Under the pieces are notes generated by a model that made no database searches, was not told the origin of the DNA, and saw nothing but the letters and a program-made list of their open reading frames with translations. The translations under genes and the position numbers were made by a program. From NCBI GenBank assembly GCA_963794795.1, contig CAWCFC010000003.1, positions 178,002 to 242,001 on the forward strand: a stretch of 64,000 nucleotides of DNA, in the 5' to 3' direction. Source of the stretch: an uncultured Acidobacteriota bacterium. Lineage in GTDB: Bacteria; Acidobacteriota; Terriglobia; Terriglobales; Acidobacteriaceae. This document shows, piece after piece, positions 1 to 9,969 of the stretch (positions are counted from its first letter, which is position 1; every line of letters begins with the position of its first letter).

Positions 1-1
1 T

Positions 2-1186
2 CGCGAGGTCTACATTCACGCGCTGGTTCGCGATGCCGACCGCCAGAAAATGTCAAAGACCAAAGGCAATGTCATCGACCCGATTGAAATTATCCATCAG
101 TACGGCACGGACGCGGTGCGATTTACGCTGGCATCCATGGCTTCGCCGGGAACAGACATCGCCTTCAGCGAAGCGCGCACCGAGGGCTATCGTGCTTTTG
201 CCAACAAGATATGGAACGCGGCGCGGTTCATCTTTATGCAGATGGAGCGCGCGAAAGAAGCTGGAATCGCAGTTGAACTGCAGCATCTAGGCGAGACACC
301 GTCGTCGAATGCGCAAGCACCGCTGGAAGAGCGCTGGATTATTTCGCGGTTCAATCAATGCGTTGCCGACGTGAACCAGGCGCTGGCGGATTATCGCTTT
401 GACGATGCCGCAAATCGTATCTATCAGTTTTTCTGGGGAGAATTCTGCGACTGGTATCTGGAAGTGGTAAAAATTCGTCTCGATTATGGAGAGGCTGCGA
501 ACCAGCCAACCACCATGGCAGCTCTGGCTACGCTGCTGGGCGTGTTTGAGGCGTCGCTGCGATTGCTGTCGCCGTTCATGCCGTTTTTGACAGAAGAAAT
601 CTGGACTGCGCTCTACGATGGGGTGCCACCGTTGAAGTCAATTGCGCTGGCGCGGTTTCCAAGTGAGCCTGAAATGCGCAGCAGAGAGGTCGACGCACAT
701 CCGGCCGCTGTCGACCTGGAAATGTTCTTGTTGCAGGAAATCATTGCGGACATTCGCAATCTTCGCAAGGAGCAAGACGTACCCGAGAAGGAAGCGGCGC
801 CGGTATTTTTGACAGGCGCAGAGAATGCGATCGAGGTCGTTCGGAGCAATCAGGATATGATCCAGCGGCTGGCTCGCGTGTCGGAGATACTCTATTCCAA
901 GCCGGCCCAAGGGGTATCGACTCGACATGGAGTGAATTATGAGGTCGCGTTGCGCTACGAAAAACAAGTGGACGTGGCTGCCGAGCGCGAGCGTTTAGCC
1001 AGGGATTTAGCAAAGTTAGAAAAGGAAATGGATTCGAAACAGACACAGTTACAAAACCAGGCGTTTCTCGCCAAGGCTCCGGTGAAAGTCGTCGATGGCT
1101 TACGCGCACGGGCGGAGGAACTGCAGGCATTGATTGAAAAAGCCAACTCCGCACTGCGGGCGCTGGAGTCGTTGGAACCCCGATAA
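2..1186 (+). CDS. valS: valine--tRNA ligase, C-terminal part (5' end upstream of window)
   Basis: Frame is open from nt 2. It carries the class-I KMSKS loop (RQKMSKTKGNVIDP), an anticodon-binding region and a C-terminal coiled coil (ERERLARDLAKLEKEMDSKQTQLQNQAFLAKAP). Confidence 0.93.
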   Translation, partial: REVYIHALVRDADRQKMSKTKGNVIDPIEIIHQYGTDAVRFTLASMASPGTDIAFSEARTEGYRAFANKIWNAARFIFMQMERAKEAGIAVELQHLGETPSSNAQAPLEERWIISRFNQCVADVNQALADYRFDDAANRIYQFFWGEFCDWYLEVVKIRLDYGEAANQPTTMAALATLLGVFEASLRLLSPFMPFLTEEIWTALYDGVPPLKSIALARFPSEPEMRSREVDAHPAAVDLEMFLLQEIIADIRNLRKEQDVPEKEAAPVFLTGAENAIEVVRSNQDMIQRLARVSEILYSKPAQGVSTRHGVNYEVALRYEKQVDVAAERERLARDLAKLEKEMDSKQTQLQNQAFLAKAPVKVVDGLRARAEELQALIEKANSALRALESLEPR

Positions 1187-1211
1187 ATCAACGTTACAAG
1201 AGCGCAACTCT

Positions 1212-2096
1212 ATGGACTGGAAAACAACACGGGTCACGGCCATTCTGGAGCAGGCACTGGTTGAGGATCATGCCACGCATGACGCCACAACGGAGTTGAC
1301 GCTCGATCCAAAGTTATCCGCGTCGGCAGTCGTGATGGCCAAGCAGGATTGCGTATTAGCTGGCTCGGAAGCGATTTCGCGCGTGTTGGATATCTTTCGC
1401 AAGCTCGACCAGACCTCAACCAGGCAGTTTGAAGTTGTGCATCATCCCGAGATGTTTGATGGGGTACGTGTGCGCAAAGGACAGGCGATCGCGGTGATTC
1501 GCGGAAATGCGCGAACCATTCTGGCTTGTGAGCGGGTGACGCTCAACCTGCTGCAGCGGATGTGCGGCATCGCGACTGAAACGCGCAAGTATGTGGATGC
1601 TGTGGCGGGCACTGGAGTGGTGATTCTGGACACTCGGAAAACCGCGCCGGGCCTGCGCCCGCTGGATAAGTACGCCGTCAGTTGCGGAGGCGGACAGAAT
1701 CATCGCATGGATCTTGCCGATGGGGTTCTGATCAAGAACAACCATATTTCCTTGGGTGGAGGTGTCGCCAAGGTGCTGGCGTTGGCGATGCAACGACGGT
1801 GGCCCGGGCAAAAAATTCAAATTGAGGTTCGCTCCCTGGCAGAGCTTGACGAGGCGCTGGCCGGCGGCGCCGACTCACTGCTGCTGGATAATATGACGCC
1901 TGCGGAAGCCAAGCGCGCCGTCGGAATCGCTCGCAGACAAATGCCCAGCATTCCCATCGAAGTCTCTGGCGGCATCACCCTGGAAACAGTGCAACAATAC
2001 GCCCAGACCGGGGTGACCTACATTTCCGTCGGCGCCCTCACGCATTCCGTCGCGGCCATCGATCTGAGCATGAAAATCACCGCGGAAATCTTTTAA
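1212..2096 (+). CDS. nadC: nicotinate-nucleotide diphosphorylase (quinolinate phosphoribosyltransferase)
   Basis: Family motifs LDTRKTAPGLRPLDKYAV, GGGQNHR and LLDNM are present. The ATG at 1212 (MDWKTTRV) is preferred over the 1134 start, which overlaps valS. Confidence 0.9.
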   Translation: MDWKTTRVTAILEQALVEDHATHDATTELTLDPKLSASAVVMAKQDCVLAGSEAISRVLDIFRKLDQTSTRQFEVVHHPEMFDGVRVRKGQAIAVIRGNARTILACERVTLNLLQRMCGIATETRKYVDAVAGTGVVILDTRKTAPGLRPLDKYAVSCGGGQNHRMDLADGVLIKNNHISLGGGVAKVLALAMQRRWPGQKIQIEVRSLAELDEALAGGADSLLLDNMTPAEAKRAVGIARRQMPSIPIEVSGGITLETVQQYAQTGVTYISVGALTHSVAAIDLSMKITAEIF

Positions 2097-2107
2097 AGAT
2101 CGATCAA

Positions 2108-2917
2108 ATGGGGGAGATGCTCGATCTCGACGCGCTGCAGAAGGCTTTGGTGGGAACAATCTTTGATGGTCAGCTGCACCTGTTTCCTTCCATCGAATCG
2201 ACAAACTCCCATGCCATGCAGGAAGCTTCGAAGGGCGCTCTTCATGGCTCCGTCTACATTGCCGAGGAGCAGACTGCCGGCAGAGGACGCGGCGATCACA
2301 GTTGGCACTCCGAACCCTATTCCGGTATTTACGTGAGTATTTTGCTGCGCCCACAATTGGCGGCGGCCGATGGGCTGTGGCTTTCATTGGCGACCGGACT
2401 GGCTGTGCAGCGCGCGATCGAAAATGTAACTGCATTAGTTACAGATATCCGCTGGCCAAACGATATTTTGTCGAACGGGCGAAAAGTCGGTGGAATTCTT
2501 GTGGAAATGAATGCCGAGGCATCCCGCATTCGCTATGCAGTCATCGGAATTGGAATCAACGTAAACCAAGGGCGGTTTCCAGCGGAACTTAGTAGCCAGG
2601 CAACATCGTTGCGCCTCGAAGCCAATCGACAGATTGCTCGCGAGGATCTGCTGGTTGAAGTCTTGCAATGCTTGAGGGACGAAATCGATGCCCTGATCCG
2701 ATCGGAAAGTTTTGCTGCGGCCTGCGCAGGAATTCTGCGCCGACTGGAAACAAAGTCGACGTGGATTCGAGGAAAACAGGTGTTTGTCGATGAGGCGGGG
2801 GGGTACACTGGCGTCACCGCGGGCCTGGATGAAAAGGGATTTCTGCTGGTGCAAACCGACGATGGCGAGCGCAGGGTATTGTCCGGAGGAGTTCGGGAGC
2901 GATTCGCGAAAGGTTGA
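2108..2917 (+). CDS. birA: biotin--[acetyl-CoA-carboxylase] ligase (no N-terminal HTH)
   Basis: Has the biotin protein ligase signature GRGRGDHSWHS and a 269-aa catalytic plus C-terminal domain layout. Confidence 0.85.
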   Translation: MGEMLDLDALQKALVGTIFDGQLHLFPSIESTNSHAMQEASKGALHGSVYIAEEQTAGRGRGDHSWHSEPYSGIYVSILLRPQLAAADGLWLSLATGLAVQRAIENVTALVTDIRWPNDILSNGRKVGGILVEMNAEASRIRYAVIGIGINVNQGRFPAELSSQATSLRLEANRQIAREDLLVEVLQCLRDEIDALIRSESFAAACAGILRRLETKSTWIRGKQVFVDEAGGYTGVTAGLDEKGFLLVQTDDGERRVLSGGVRERFAKG

Positions 2918-2923
2918 AGAACG

Positions 2924-3748
2924 ATGCTTTTAGTGCTGAACGTCAACAATACGAATACCGTGATCGCGATCTATCCGGTGACAGGGGAGCACATCGGCGA
3001 ACTGCGCGCGACCTGGAGGATCAGCACGCGGCAAGCGCAGACGGCCGATGAATATGGCATTTTGATTCGCAACCTGCTGCAAACCGAAGGGGTGGATAGT
3101 AAAGAAATCAGCGGCGTGGTGATCGCTTCGGTCGTTCCTCCCGTAGATTGGATTTTGCGCCAGTTTTCCGAACGATATTTCAACCACAAGCCTTTGTTCA
3201 TTGAACCTGGAGTCAAAACCGGGCTTCCCATTTTGACCGACAATCCGGGCGAAGTAGGTGCCGATCGTGTTGCCAATTGTGTCGGAGCCTTCCAGCAATA
3301 CGGGGGGCCGTGCATTGTGGTTGATTTTGGGACGGCGACAAATTTTGACGTTGTTTCAAAGCACGGCGAATTTCTTGGCGGCGCCATTTCGCCAGGAGTA
3401 AATGTTGCCGCCGAAGCCTTGTTTGCAAGGGCGGCGCGATTGCCGCGCGTGGAGATTAAGCGTCCGCCGAAAGTGATTGGGACCAACACCGTTGATAATT
3501 TGCAGATCGGATTATTCTACGGTCACATCGGATTGGTGGACGGCATTCTGGAGCGTATGATCGCGGAACTCGGTCCGGAAACGAAGTGCGTCGCCACTGG
3601 CGGACTGGCGCGATTGATTGCGGGTGAGTCGAAATTCATCTCCGAAGTGAACGACACACTCACGCTGGAAGGATTGCGAATTATTTACGAGCGTAATCTA
3701 ATTGCCGGCGCGCGATTGCGAAAAAACAATAGCCCGCGGAAGGCTTAA
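2924..3748 (+). CDS. coaX: type III pantothenate kinase
   Basis: Has the N-terminal LLVLNVNNTNT and VVDFGTATNFD ASKHA-fold motifs typical of CoaX. It lies immediately downstream of birA. Confidence 0.9.
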   Translation: MLLVLNVNNTNTVIAIYPVTGEHIGELRATWRISTRQAQTADEYGILIRNLLQTEGVDSKEISGVVIASVVPPVDWILRQFSERYFNHKPLFIEPGVKTGLPILTDNPGEVGADRVANCVGAFQQYGGPCIVVDFGTATNFDVVSKHGEFLGGAISPGVNVAAEALFARAARLPRVEIKRPPKVIGTNTVDNLQIGLFYGHIGLVDGILERMIAELGPETKCVATGGLARLIAGESKFISEVNDTLTLEGLRIIYERNLIAGARLRKNNSPRKA

Positions 3749-3757
3749 TCCACGTCC

Positions 3758-4468
3758 TTGCAGAACTATTTCAACTACTACACGGAGATCGAAGAACATT
3801 TTCAGCGCAAGCGCGGAACGCTGCTGATGCTGTCGACGCTGGATTGGTCGCTGATCGCCATGTGGCAGGAGGCGGGATTTCCGCTGGAAGCTGTTCTTTC
3901 GGGAATTGACGCGACGTTTGAAAAATATGCTGCGCGGCTGGCGAAGGGACGCGCGCGGAAGATCAACGGGCTTGCTTATTGCGCGCAAGAGGTGCTTCGC
4001 GCCGTGGAAGACATGCATGAAGCAGCGACCGGCGCGCTTCGCAAGCAGCCGCCCAATCCGGAAGAAAGTGGTTTCGAATCGTCGCGCATTGCGGCGTTTG
4101 TGCAGGCGAATGCGGAAGCTGTGCGGGAGTGCACAACCCCGGAAAAAGCCCGAGAGACCTTCGCGGAGATTGCGCGTCGCCTTGAGACGATCGCCGCATC
4201 GTTAGAGAGCCAGGCTGCAGTCTCGACAGAATCGCTGGAGCAGCAATTGCTGGTATTAGAGGACCAATTGTTTGCCGCGCTGCAGGCATTCACGCCTGCG
4301 GAAAATTTACTCGCTCTGCGTGAGCAATCCAGCAGAGAACTGGCGCCATATCGCAGTCGCCTGCAAACCGTGCAGATTCGCCAGATTGAACAGCAATTTC
4401 TTCGGCGTTGCTTATTTGAGCAGAACCATATCCCGCGCCTCAGCCTCTTCTACATGCGGCACTCATGA
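3758..4468 (+). CDS. hypothetical protein (weak DnaD-C-like pattern at N-terminus)
   Basis: A 236-aa ORF with a TTG start and compositionally normal sequence. Its stop overlaps the next gene's ATG (ATGA at 4465-4468). I recognise no secure family. Confidence 0.5.
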   Translation: MQNYFNYYTEIEEHFQRKRGTLLMLSTLDWSLIAMWQEAGFPLEAVLSGIDATFEKYAARLAKGRARKINGLAYCAQEVLRAVEDMHEAATGALRKQPPNPEESGFESSRIAAFVQANAEAVRECTTPEKARETFAEIARRLETIAASLESQAAVSTESLEQQLLVLEDQLFAALQAFTPAENLLALREQSSRELAPYRSRLQTVQIRQIEQQFLRRCLFEQNHIPRLSLFYMRHS

Positions 4469-5772
4469 AGCTTACGATTGACAAGGTAATTTACGGCGGT
4501 CAGGGTCTGGCGCGAATGCCGGCGGACGATGCGGCGCGCGCCGGTCTCAGCGTCTTTGTGCCTTTCACGCTGCCTGGAGAGATCGTGGAAGCGGCGATCA
4601 CTCAGGAGCATCGCGGTTATTCGGTAGCCGAAGCGCGGCAAATTGTGGAAGCATCTGAATTTCGCGCGACACCCCCGTGTCCGTGGTTCGCGATGTGCGG
4701 CGGATGCCAACTGCAGCAGGGCGAGTATTCCTACCAGGTGGAACTGAAGCGGGAGATGCTGCGGGAAAGTCTGACGCGAGCGGGAGTGCATGATCTGCCC
4801 GAAGTGGCGACGTTGGCCGGCGAGCCATTACGATACCGCAATCGTGTGCGCCTGCAGATGCAGACGCGGCCCGATTTTTCGATCGGCTATCGGCAGGCGA
4901 AATCGCATCGGATGACGGCCATTGAAGGTTGCCCGATCGCTGCGCCTCTCCTGGAGCGATGCATCGTTGTCGTGCGGACAATGGGGACGAGTGGATTGGT
5001 TCCGGTAGACGCGCAGGAAATTGAGTTGTTCACGAACCACGATCAATCTCAACTTTTCATCACGATTTGGGCGCGACCGCACGCCGGTAAGCGCGAACAG
5101 GCCTATCAAATATTTTTCGAGAGCCTACAGCGGGAAATGCCGCAGCTGGTGGGTGCGCAGATGCTTCCAACGAGCCAAGGTAAAGTTCGTCTGTCGAGGC
5201 CTCCGATGCAATGGGGACACCAGAGCGTGAACTACCGTGTGGCTGGCCGCGATTACACGGTAAGCGCCGGATCGTTTTTCCAGGTGAATTGCACGCTGCT
5301 CGACAAGTTTGTCGATGCGGTTACGGGAGAAGACAGTGGCGCGCTCGCGTGGGATCTGTACGCCGGAGTCGGATTGTTTTCGGTCGCTTTGGCGGAGCGG
5401 TTTCAGCAATTGGTTGCTGTGGAATCGAGCGCAGTGGCATGCAAGGACCTGCGCCACAACCTGCGCGGCACGCAGGCTGTATACGTCCAGACTCAGGCGC
5501 TGAATTTTCTACGCCAGGCAGTTGAACGGAGGCAGCCTGCGCCCGACCTTGTTCTGCTCGATCCTCCCCGCGCCGGCGCGGGTGTCGAGTCTGCAAAAAT
5601 GCTGGCGGAACTTGGGCCGCAACGGATCGTGTATGTCTCCTGCGATCCGGCAACATTGGGCCGCGATCTGGCGGCATTGATACAATCCGGCTACCGCCTC
5701 CTTCGCCTGCAACTGGTCGATATGTTTCCGCAAACGTATCACATGGAAACCATCGCGACGCTTCAGCGCTGA
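4465..5772 (+). CDS. TRAM-domain 23S rRNA (uracil-5-)-methyltransferase, RumA/RlmD type
   Basis: Has an N-terminal TRAM-like domain, the Fe-S Cys cluster CPWFAMCGGCQLQ, and SAM motifs DLYAGVGLFS and LDPPRAG. Confidence 0.8.
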   Translation: MKLTIDKVIYGGQGLARMPADDAARAGLSVFVPFTLPGEIVEAAITQEHRGYSVAEARQIVEASEFRATPPCPWFAMCGGCQLQQGEYSYQVELKREMLRESLTRAGVHDLPEVATLAGEPLRYRNRVRLQMQTRPDFSIGYRQAKSHRMTAIEGCPIAAPLLERCIVVVRTMGTSGLVPVDAQEIELFTNHDQSQLFITIWARPHAGKREQAYQIFFESLQREMPQLVGAQMLPTSQGKVRLSRPPMQWGHQSVNYRVAGRDYTVSAGSFFQVNCTLLDKFVDAVTGEDSGALAWDLYAGVGLFSVALAERFQQLVAVESSAVACKDLRHNLRGTQAVYVQTQALNFLRQAVERRQPAPDLVLLDPPRAGAGVESAKMLAELGPQRIVYVSCDPATLGRDLAALIQSGYRLLRLQLVDMFPQTYHMETIATLQR

Positions 5773-5788
5773 GTTCGCGGGCTACATC

Positions 5789-8524
5789 ATGGCTTCAGGC
5801 ATAACCCTTCCGGAGACGACGCGGTCCGTACGAAGGTTGCACGGCTACCAGCCTGCGCCCTTGCGGGCAACGCGGCATCGTCTTCGCAGAGAGCCTCTGT
5901 CGTTCGCCAGCGCGCCCATGCTGCTGGCAGCGGGCGGATTTTCGCTCGGCATTATCGATTCCCACTGGGTTTGGCACCCTCCCCTTTTACCGTTGGTGAG
6001 CGCATTGCTAGCCGCTGGATTGGCACTTGTGGCGGCGCGGGTAGCGGTCCGCACCCTGTGGTTGCCGTTGCTGCTCTTGTGGTTTTCTGCGGGACAATTC
6101 TGTGCCTTTGTAGCTCCTACGCCAGCAATTTCACCTGCGGTTATGCAGCTCGCCGACGGCCTGGAGCGCAGCATTAGTGGGACGGTGACGGCAATTCATT
6201 CGGCGCGGACGGAGATCCGACTTAGTCCTTTCGGAAGGCCTGCAGAAACAGAGCAGACAGAGCAGATTGATCTGGCCCTGGACCATGTAGAGAACTTCAA
6301 CGCGGATCGCGATTGGCAAACGGCGGTCGTAGGGGGCCTACGGTTGAACTTGTACGCGAAGCCGGGGGAAACTCTGCCGCAACTTCGCTGCGGCGAGCGG
6401 CTCAAGTTAGAGTTGCGCTTCAATCCACCGGGATATTTTCTTGATCCGGGAGCATGGAACTATCCGGCTTATCTTGCCCAGCACGGCATTGCGGTTCTGG
6501 GGAGTGCGGATGCCAGCGCCGTTCATGTGACCTCTACGCGGAATCGTCCATCGTTGAGTTGCCTGGCAACAGCCGCACAGACGTGGGCCGGAACCCGGTT
6601 GGATCAAATTGCGACGATCAGTGCGTCCTACGGCTGGCTGCCGCAATGGATGCGCCTGTCCTCCCAGGACAGCAGTGTGCTGAGTGCGATGCTGTTTGGC
6701 GATCGAACACGATTGCAGCACTCCATGCGAAGTGCTTTCGAACGCACGGGATCTTTCCACCTGCTGGTTGTTTCCGGGTTGCACATCACCATTGTGATTG
6801 GGCTGATTTTCTGGCTGGCGCGAAAATTGCGCATGCGGCAATTGCCGGCGACGTTGCTGGCGATCTCTCTGGCGATGCCGTACGCCTTTCTGACGGGTTT
6901 TGCACCGCCGGTGCAGCGGGCGCTGTGGCTAAGCGCGGTGTATCTCTTTAGTCGCATCCTGTACCGCGAACGGGCCGCCCTCAACGCAATTGGGATCGCT
7001 TCGATCGGGGTATTGGTACACAATCCTTCGGCGTTGTTTGATGCCAGCTTTCAGATGACATTTCTCGCGGTGCTGGCGATTGCGGGTGTGGCCATGCCGC
7101 TGATCGAGGCGACGCTGGCGCCCTATCTGCGCGGTGTTCGCCTGCCGCGACAACTACGCCTGGATCCATTTCTGCCGCCGAAAGTAACTCAGATGCGAGT
7201 CCTTTTGCGCATGTACGTCGAGCGATTGCGATACATTGTGGGCCCGCGCTGGGGTTGGAGATTGCCATTCGGAATCGTTCGCTGGGGACTGCGATTCACC
7301 GAGGCCATGATTGTGGCGTTGGTGGTGGAACTGGCGATGGTTCTGCCGATGGCTGTCTACTTCCATCGGATCACGCTGGTGGCGTTGCCGGCGAATTTGT
7401 TCGGGCTGCCGTTGCTGGCGTTCATGCTGCCGCTGGCCCTGATGACATTTCTGCTGGGCTGTATTCATCCGGCGCTTGCCGTGCCCAGCGGAGCCGTGAC
7501 GGCATTGTTGCTGCATGCGATCTCATGGTTGATTCACTTGTTTGGCAATCTTGCTGCTTCTTCGCTGCGAACTCCCAATCCACCGGCGTGGTCTCTGTTC
7601 TGCTTTGCCGCCGCGTGGATCGGGGCCTTGTGGATGGTCCGTTTGTCGCGAAGATGGAAAGTGGCAGCGTTGGCGGCGATCTTCGTCGGCTCTCTGTTGG
7701 TGCTATGGCCTGTTCCGATCACCCGTCATCGTGGAGTGATGGAGGTGACGGCGATCGATGTAGGTCAGGGAGATTCTCTGCTGATTGTCACGCCTGATGG
7801 GCATACGTTACTGGTCGATGCGGGGGGGCCAGTGGGTGGGCCGCGCACGGAAGACGCTCAATTCGACATTGGCGAGGAGGTGGTCTCGCAATATTTATGG
7901 ACGCGCCATATCCGCCGTCTGGATGCGGTTGCACTGACCCACGCGCACAGCGACCACATGGGCGGCATGCCGGCCATTCTGAGGAATTTCCATCCCAAAG
8001 TCTTTTGGGTGGGCAACAATCCCATGATTCCTGATTACCGTACTCTGCTGGCGCTGGCGGCGCAGGAAAAAATTCCAGTGCAGCGCATGAGCGCTGGGGA
8101 GCGTTTCATGTTTGGCGGGATTCATGTGAGAATTCTCGCGCCGGCCGCCGACTATCATCCTGAAGCTCGCGCGACGAATGATGATTCGCTGGTGATGCGC
8201 ATCCGATTTGAAAACACGGCCGCGCTGTTGGAAGGGGATGCGGAAGCGCCCGTCGAGGAGCAGATGGTTGCCACGGAGCCGCTGGCGGCGGGGCTGCTGA
8301 AGGTGGGACATCACGGCAGCAATACGTCGACGATTCCGTCTTTTCTGGCCGCAGTTCATCCTCAGTTCGCTGTCATATCCGCCGGGCGCCGCAATCCGTT
8401 CGGGCATCCACGGGTCTCGGTGTTGGACGAGCTAGGAGCGGCGCATGTGCGCGTCTACCGGACGGATACCCTGGGGCTCAGCAGCTTTTTGCTGAATGGA
8501 AACACAATCCAGCCGGTGCGCTAG
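5789..8524 (+). CDS. comEC: DNA internalisation competence protein ComEC/Rec2
   Basis: A polytopic membrane competence domain is followed by a C-terminal metallo-beta-lactamase domain (DVGQGDS, LTHAHSDHMGG, KVGHHGS). Confidence 0.85.
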   Translation: MASGITLPETTRSVRRLHGYQPAPLRATRHRLRREPLSFASAPMLLAAGGFSLGIIDSHWVWHPPLLPLVSALLAAGLALVAARVAVRTLWLPLLLLWFSAGQFCAFVAPTPAISPAVMQLADGLERSISGTVTAIHSARTEIRLSPFGRPAETEQTEQIDLALDHVENFNADRDWQTAVVGGLRLNLYAKPGETLPQLRCGERLKLELRFNPPGYFLDPGAWNYPAYLAQHGIAVLGSADASAVHVTSTRNRPSLSCLATAAQTWAGTRLDQIATISASYGWLPQWMRLSSQDSSVLSAMLFGDRTRLQHSMRSAFERTGSFHLLVVSGLHITIVIGLIFWLARKLRMRQLPATLLAISLAMPYAFLTGFAPPVQRALWLSAVYLFSRILYRERAALNAIGIASIGVLVHNPSALFDASFQMTFLAVLAIAGVAMPLIEATLAPYLRGVRLPRQLRLDPFLPPKVTQMRVLLRMYVERLRYIVGPRWGWRLPFGIVRWGLRFTEAMIVALVVELAMVLPMAVYFHRITLVALPANLFGLPLLAFMLPLALMTFLLGCIHPALAVPSGAVTALLLHAISWLIHLFGNLAASSLRTPNPPAWSLFCFAAAWIGALWMVRLSRRWKVAALAAIFVGSLLVLWPVPITRHRGVMEVTAIDVGQGDSLLIVTPDGHTLLVDAGGPVGGPRTEDAQFDIGEEVVSQYLWTRHIRRLDAVALTHAHSDHMGGMPAILRNFHPKVFWVGNNPMIPDYRTLLALAAQEKIPVQRMSAGERFMFGGIHVRILAPAADYHPEARATNDDSLVMRIRFENTAALLEGDAEAPVEEQMVATEPLAAGLLKVGHHGSNTSTIPSFLAAVHPQFAVISAGRRNPFGHPRVSVLDELGAAHVRVYRTDTLGLSSFLLNGNTIQPVR

Positions 8525-8568
8525 TCGTGGGCTGGTTAGTGACGCTGTCCGGGAGCAATTCGGAGACG

Positions 8569-9342
8569 CTAGGGATGATCGACGCGAGTCAGGCGCATGG
8601 TGATGGTTCCCCAGAATAAATGCGCGCGAACCTGCACTGGAAGATGACGCGCGTCATCGGTGTACCAGATCCAGATATTTCCGCGGTTCTTCACCACGCC
8701 GGCGGCAGCGGTGGGCTGCACGCGAATGGCCGCGAAGGTTCCCGCGGGAGTGATCACGGATTCCTTGGCCTCCACCTTGACCGTGACGGGGACCACGTGG
8801 CCGCCGTCAGCCAGAGGGAAGTGGAGATCATGACCGACCTGCAAGGGTTGTGAACCGACATAGAAGATGGCGGAAAGGACGTCGGTCACGCAGCCCGGGA
8901 TCGGCGAGGTTTGCTCCTTGTAGGTTCCGGAGACCAGATTCTTTTCGCTGATTTTTTGCAGGTGATGGGCGTAGTCCAGTTGCATCAAGCCACTAATCCG
9001 CCGCCGGCCTTCTTGAATTTGCTTGCGATATTCGAAGGAGCAACCCGATAAACGATCGAAGACACTGTCGTATCGATCGCTGACTGGAAACAGAAGATTG
9101 ACGGTTCCGATGGAAGCGGCCGTTGCCACGACGTGCACATTATTGCCCTGGGCCTGCAGGTGAAACGTGGCCGTGCCAGCAGGAAATACACGCCAATCGA
9201 CGGCATAGGTCAATGATTCATTCACTGGAATTTGATATTGCGGATTGGGAGCAGCAAGGCTGGGCGTTTGCGCCAGCGCGACAGGAGACAGGCCAGTGAG
9301 TAAGAGCGATCCGGCGACAAAGGCAGCTAAAAAATTTCGCAT
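8569..9342 (-). CDS. DUF3108-like secreted protein
   Basis: The signal peptide MRNFLAAFVAGSLLLTGLSPVALAQ starts at the ATG at 9342; the ORF extends to 9399. The body is beta-rich. It is the last gene of the waaA-lpxK operon. Confidence 0.55.
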   Translation of the reverse strand: MRNFLAAFVAGSLLLTGLSPVALAQTPSLAAPNPQYQIPVNESLTYAVDWRVFPAGTATFHLQAQGNNVHVVATAASIGTVNLLFPVSDRYDSVFDRLSGCSFEYRKQIQEGRRRISGLMQLDYAHHLQKISEKNLVSGTYKEQTSPIPGCVTDVLSAIFYVGSQPLQVGHDLHFPLADGGHVVPVTVKVEAKESVITPAGTFAAIRVQPTAAAGVVKNRGNIWIWYTDDARHLPVQVRAHLFWGTITMRLTRVDHP

Positions 9343-9408
9343 ATTCCTTTTCTTAATTGCATTTGTCTTCACCGAGGACAGAGAAAATAGTATTGCCAAC
9401 TTTGGCCA

Positions 9409-9969
9409 TCAGTGCCAAAGAAATATGCGGGCTACCAGAACAAGATACATGCATACGGCGCCTAAAATCGAGTTGTATTCGCGATGCTTGCGATACAGTT
9501 GAAAAGAAAATTTCCCTTCCGCTCCCGGCAGCGGACGTCCCAGGCGCGGAATCAAGCGCGGCACGCGGGCAGCATAGGCGTCGTATTCAGGGAACTGGGC
9601 ACGCAGATATTCTTCTTCATCCACGATCACAGGCCAGTAGATGAGGAGGAAAAGCACCAGGAAAACAAGGGCAATCCACAGACTCCTTGCCGCGATGGCA
9701 AATCCAAAGGCAATCAGAATCGAGCCGAAATACAAGGGGTTGCGCGTGTAACTGTACGGCCCGGTAGTTGTGAGCTGAACATTTTTGGTGACGTGACCCG
9801 AGGCGTAACTGCGAAGCAGAATTCCTGGCACGACCAGGACCAGGCTCAGCAGCAAAGATCGCCAGGTGGGATGCGCCAACCAAAAATAAAAAATGGCGGA
9901 AAGAAAGCCGAGCGGTACGCGAATGCGCCTCGAAATCTTTTTCCATCGTCGATTGAACGTGGAACTCAT
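9409..9969 (-). CDS. isoprenylcysteine carboxyl methyltransferase (ICMT)/phospholipid methyltransferase family membrane protein
   Basis: A multi-TM protein with the TTGPYSYTRNPLYFG motif. Its ATG overlaps the stop of the upstream GT9 gene (9966-9969). Confidence 0.7.
   Translation of the reverse strand: MSSTFNRRWKKISRRIRVPLGFLSAIFYFWLAHPTWRSLLLSLVLVVPGILLRSYASGHVTKNVQLTTTGPYSYTRNPLYFGSILIAFGFAIAARSLWIALVFLVLFLLIYWPVIVDEEEYLRAQFPEYDAYAARVPRLIPRLGRPLPGAEGKFSFQLYRKHREYNSILGAVCMYLVLVARIFLWH

Noticed and set aside
1134-1211. The upstream extension of the nadC ORF (start at 1134).
   Set aside because: It overlaps the valS 3' end. The NadC homology begins at the ATG at 1212.
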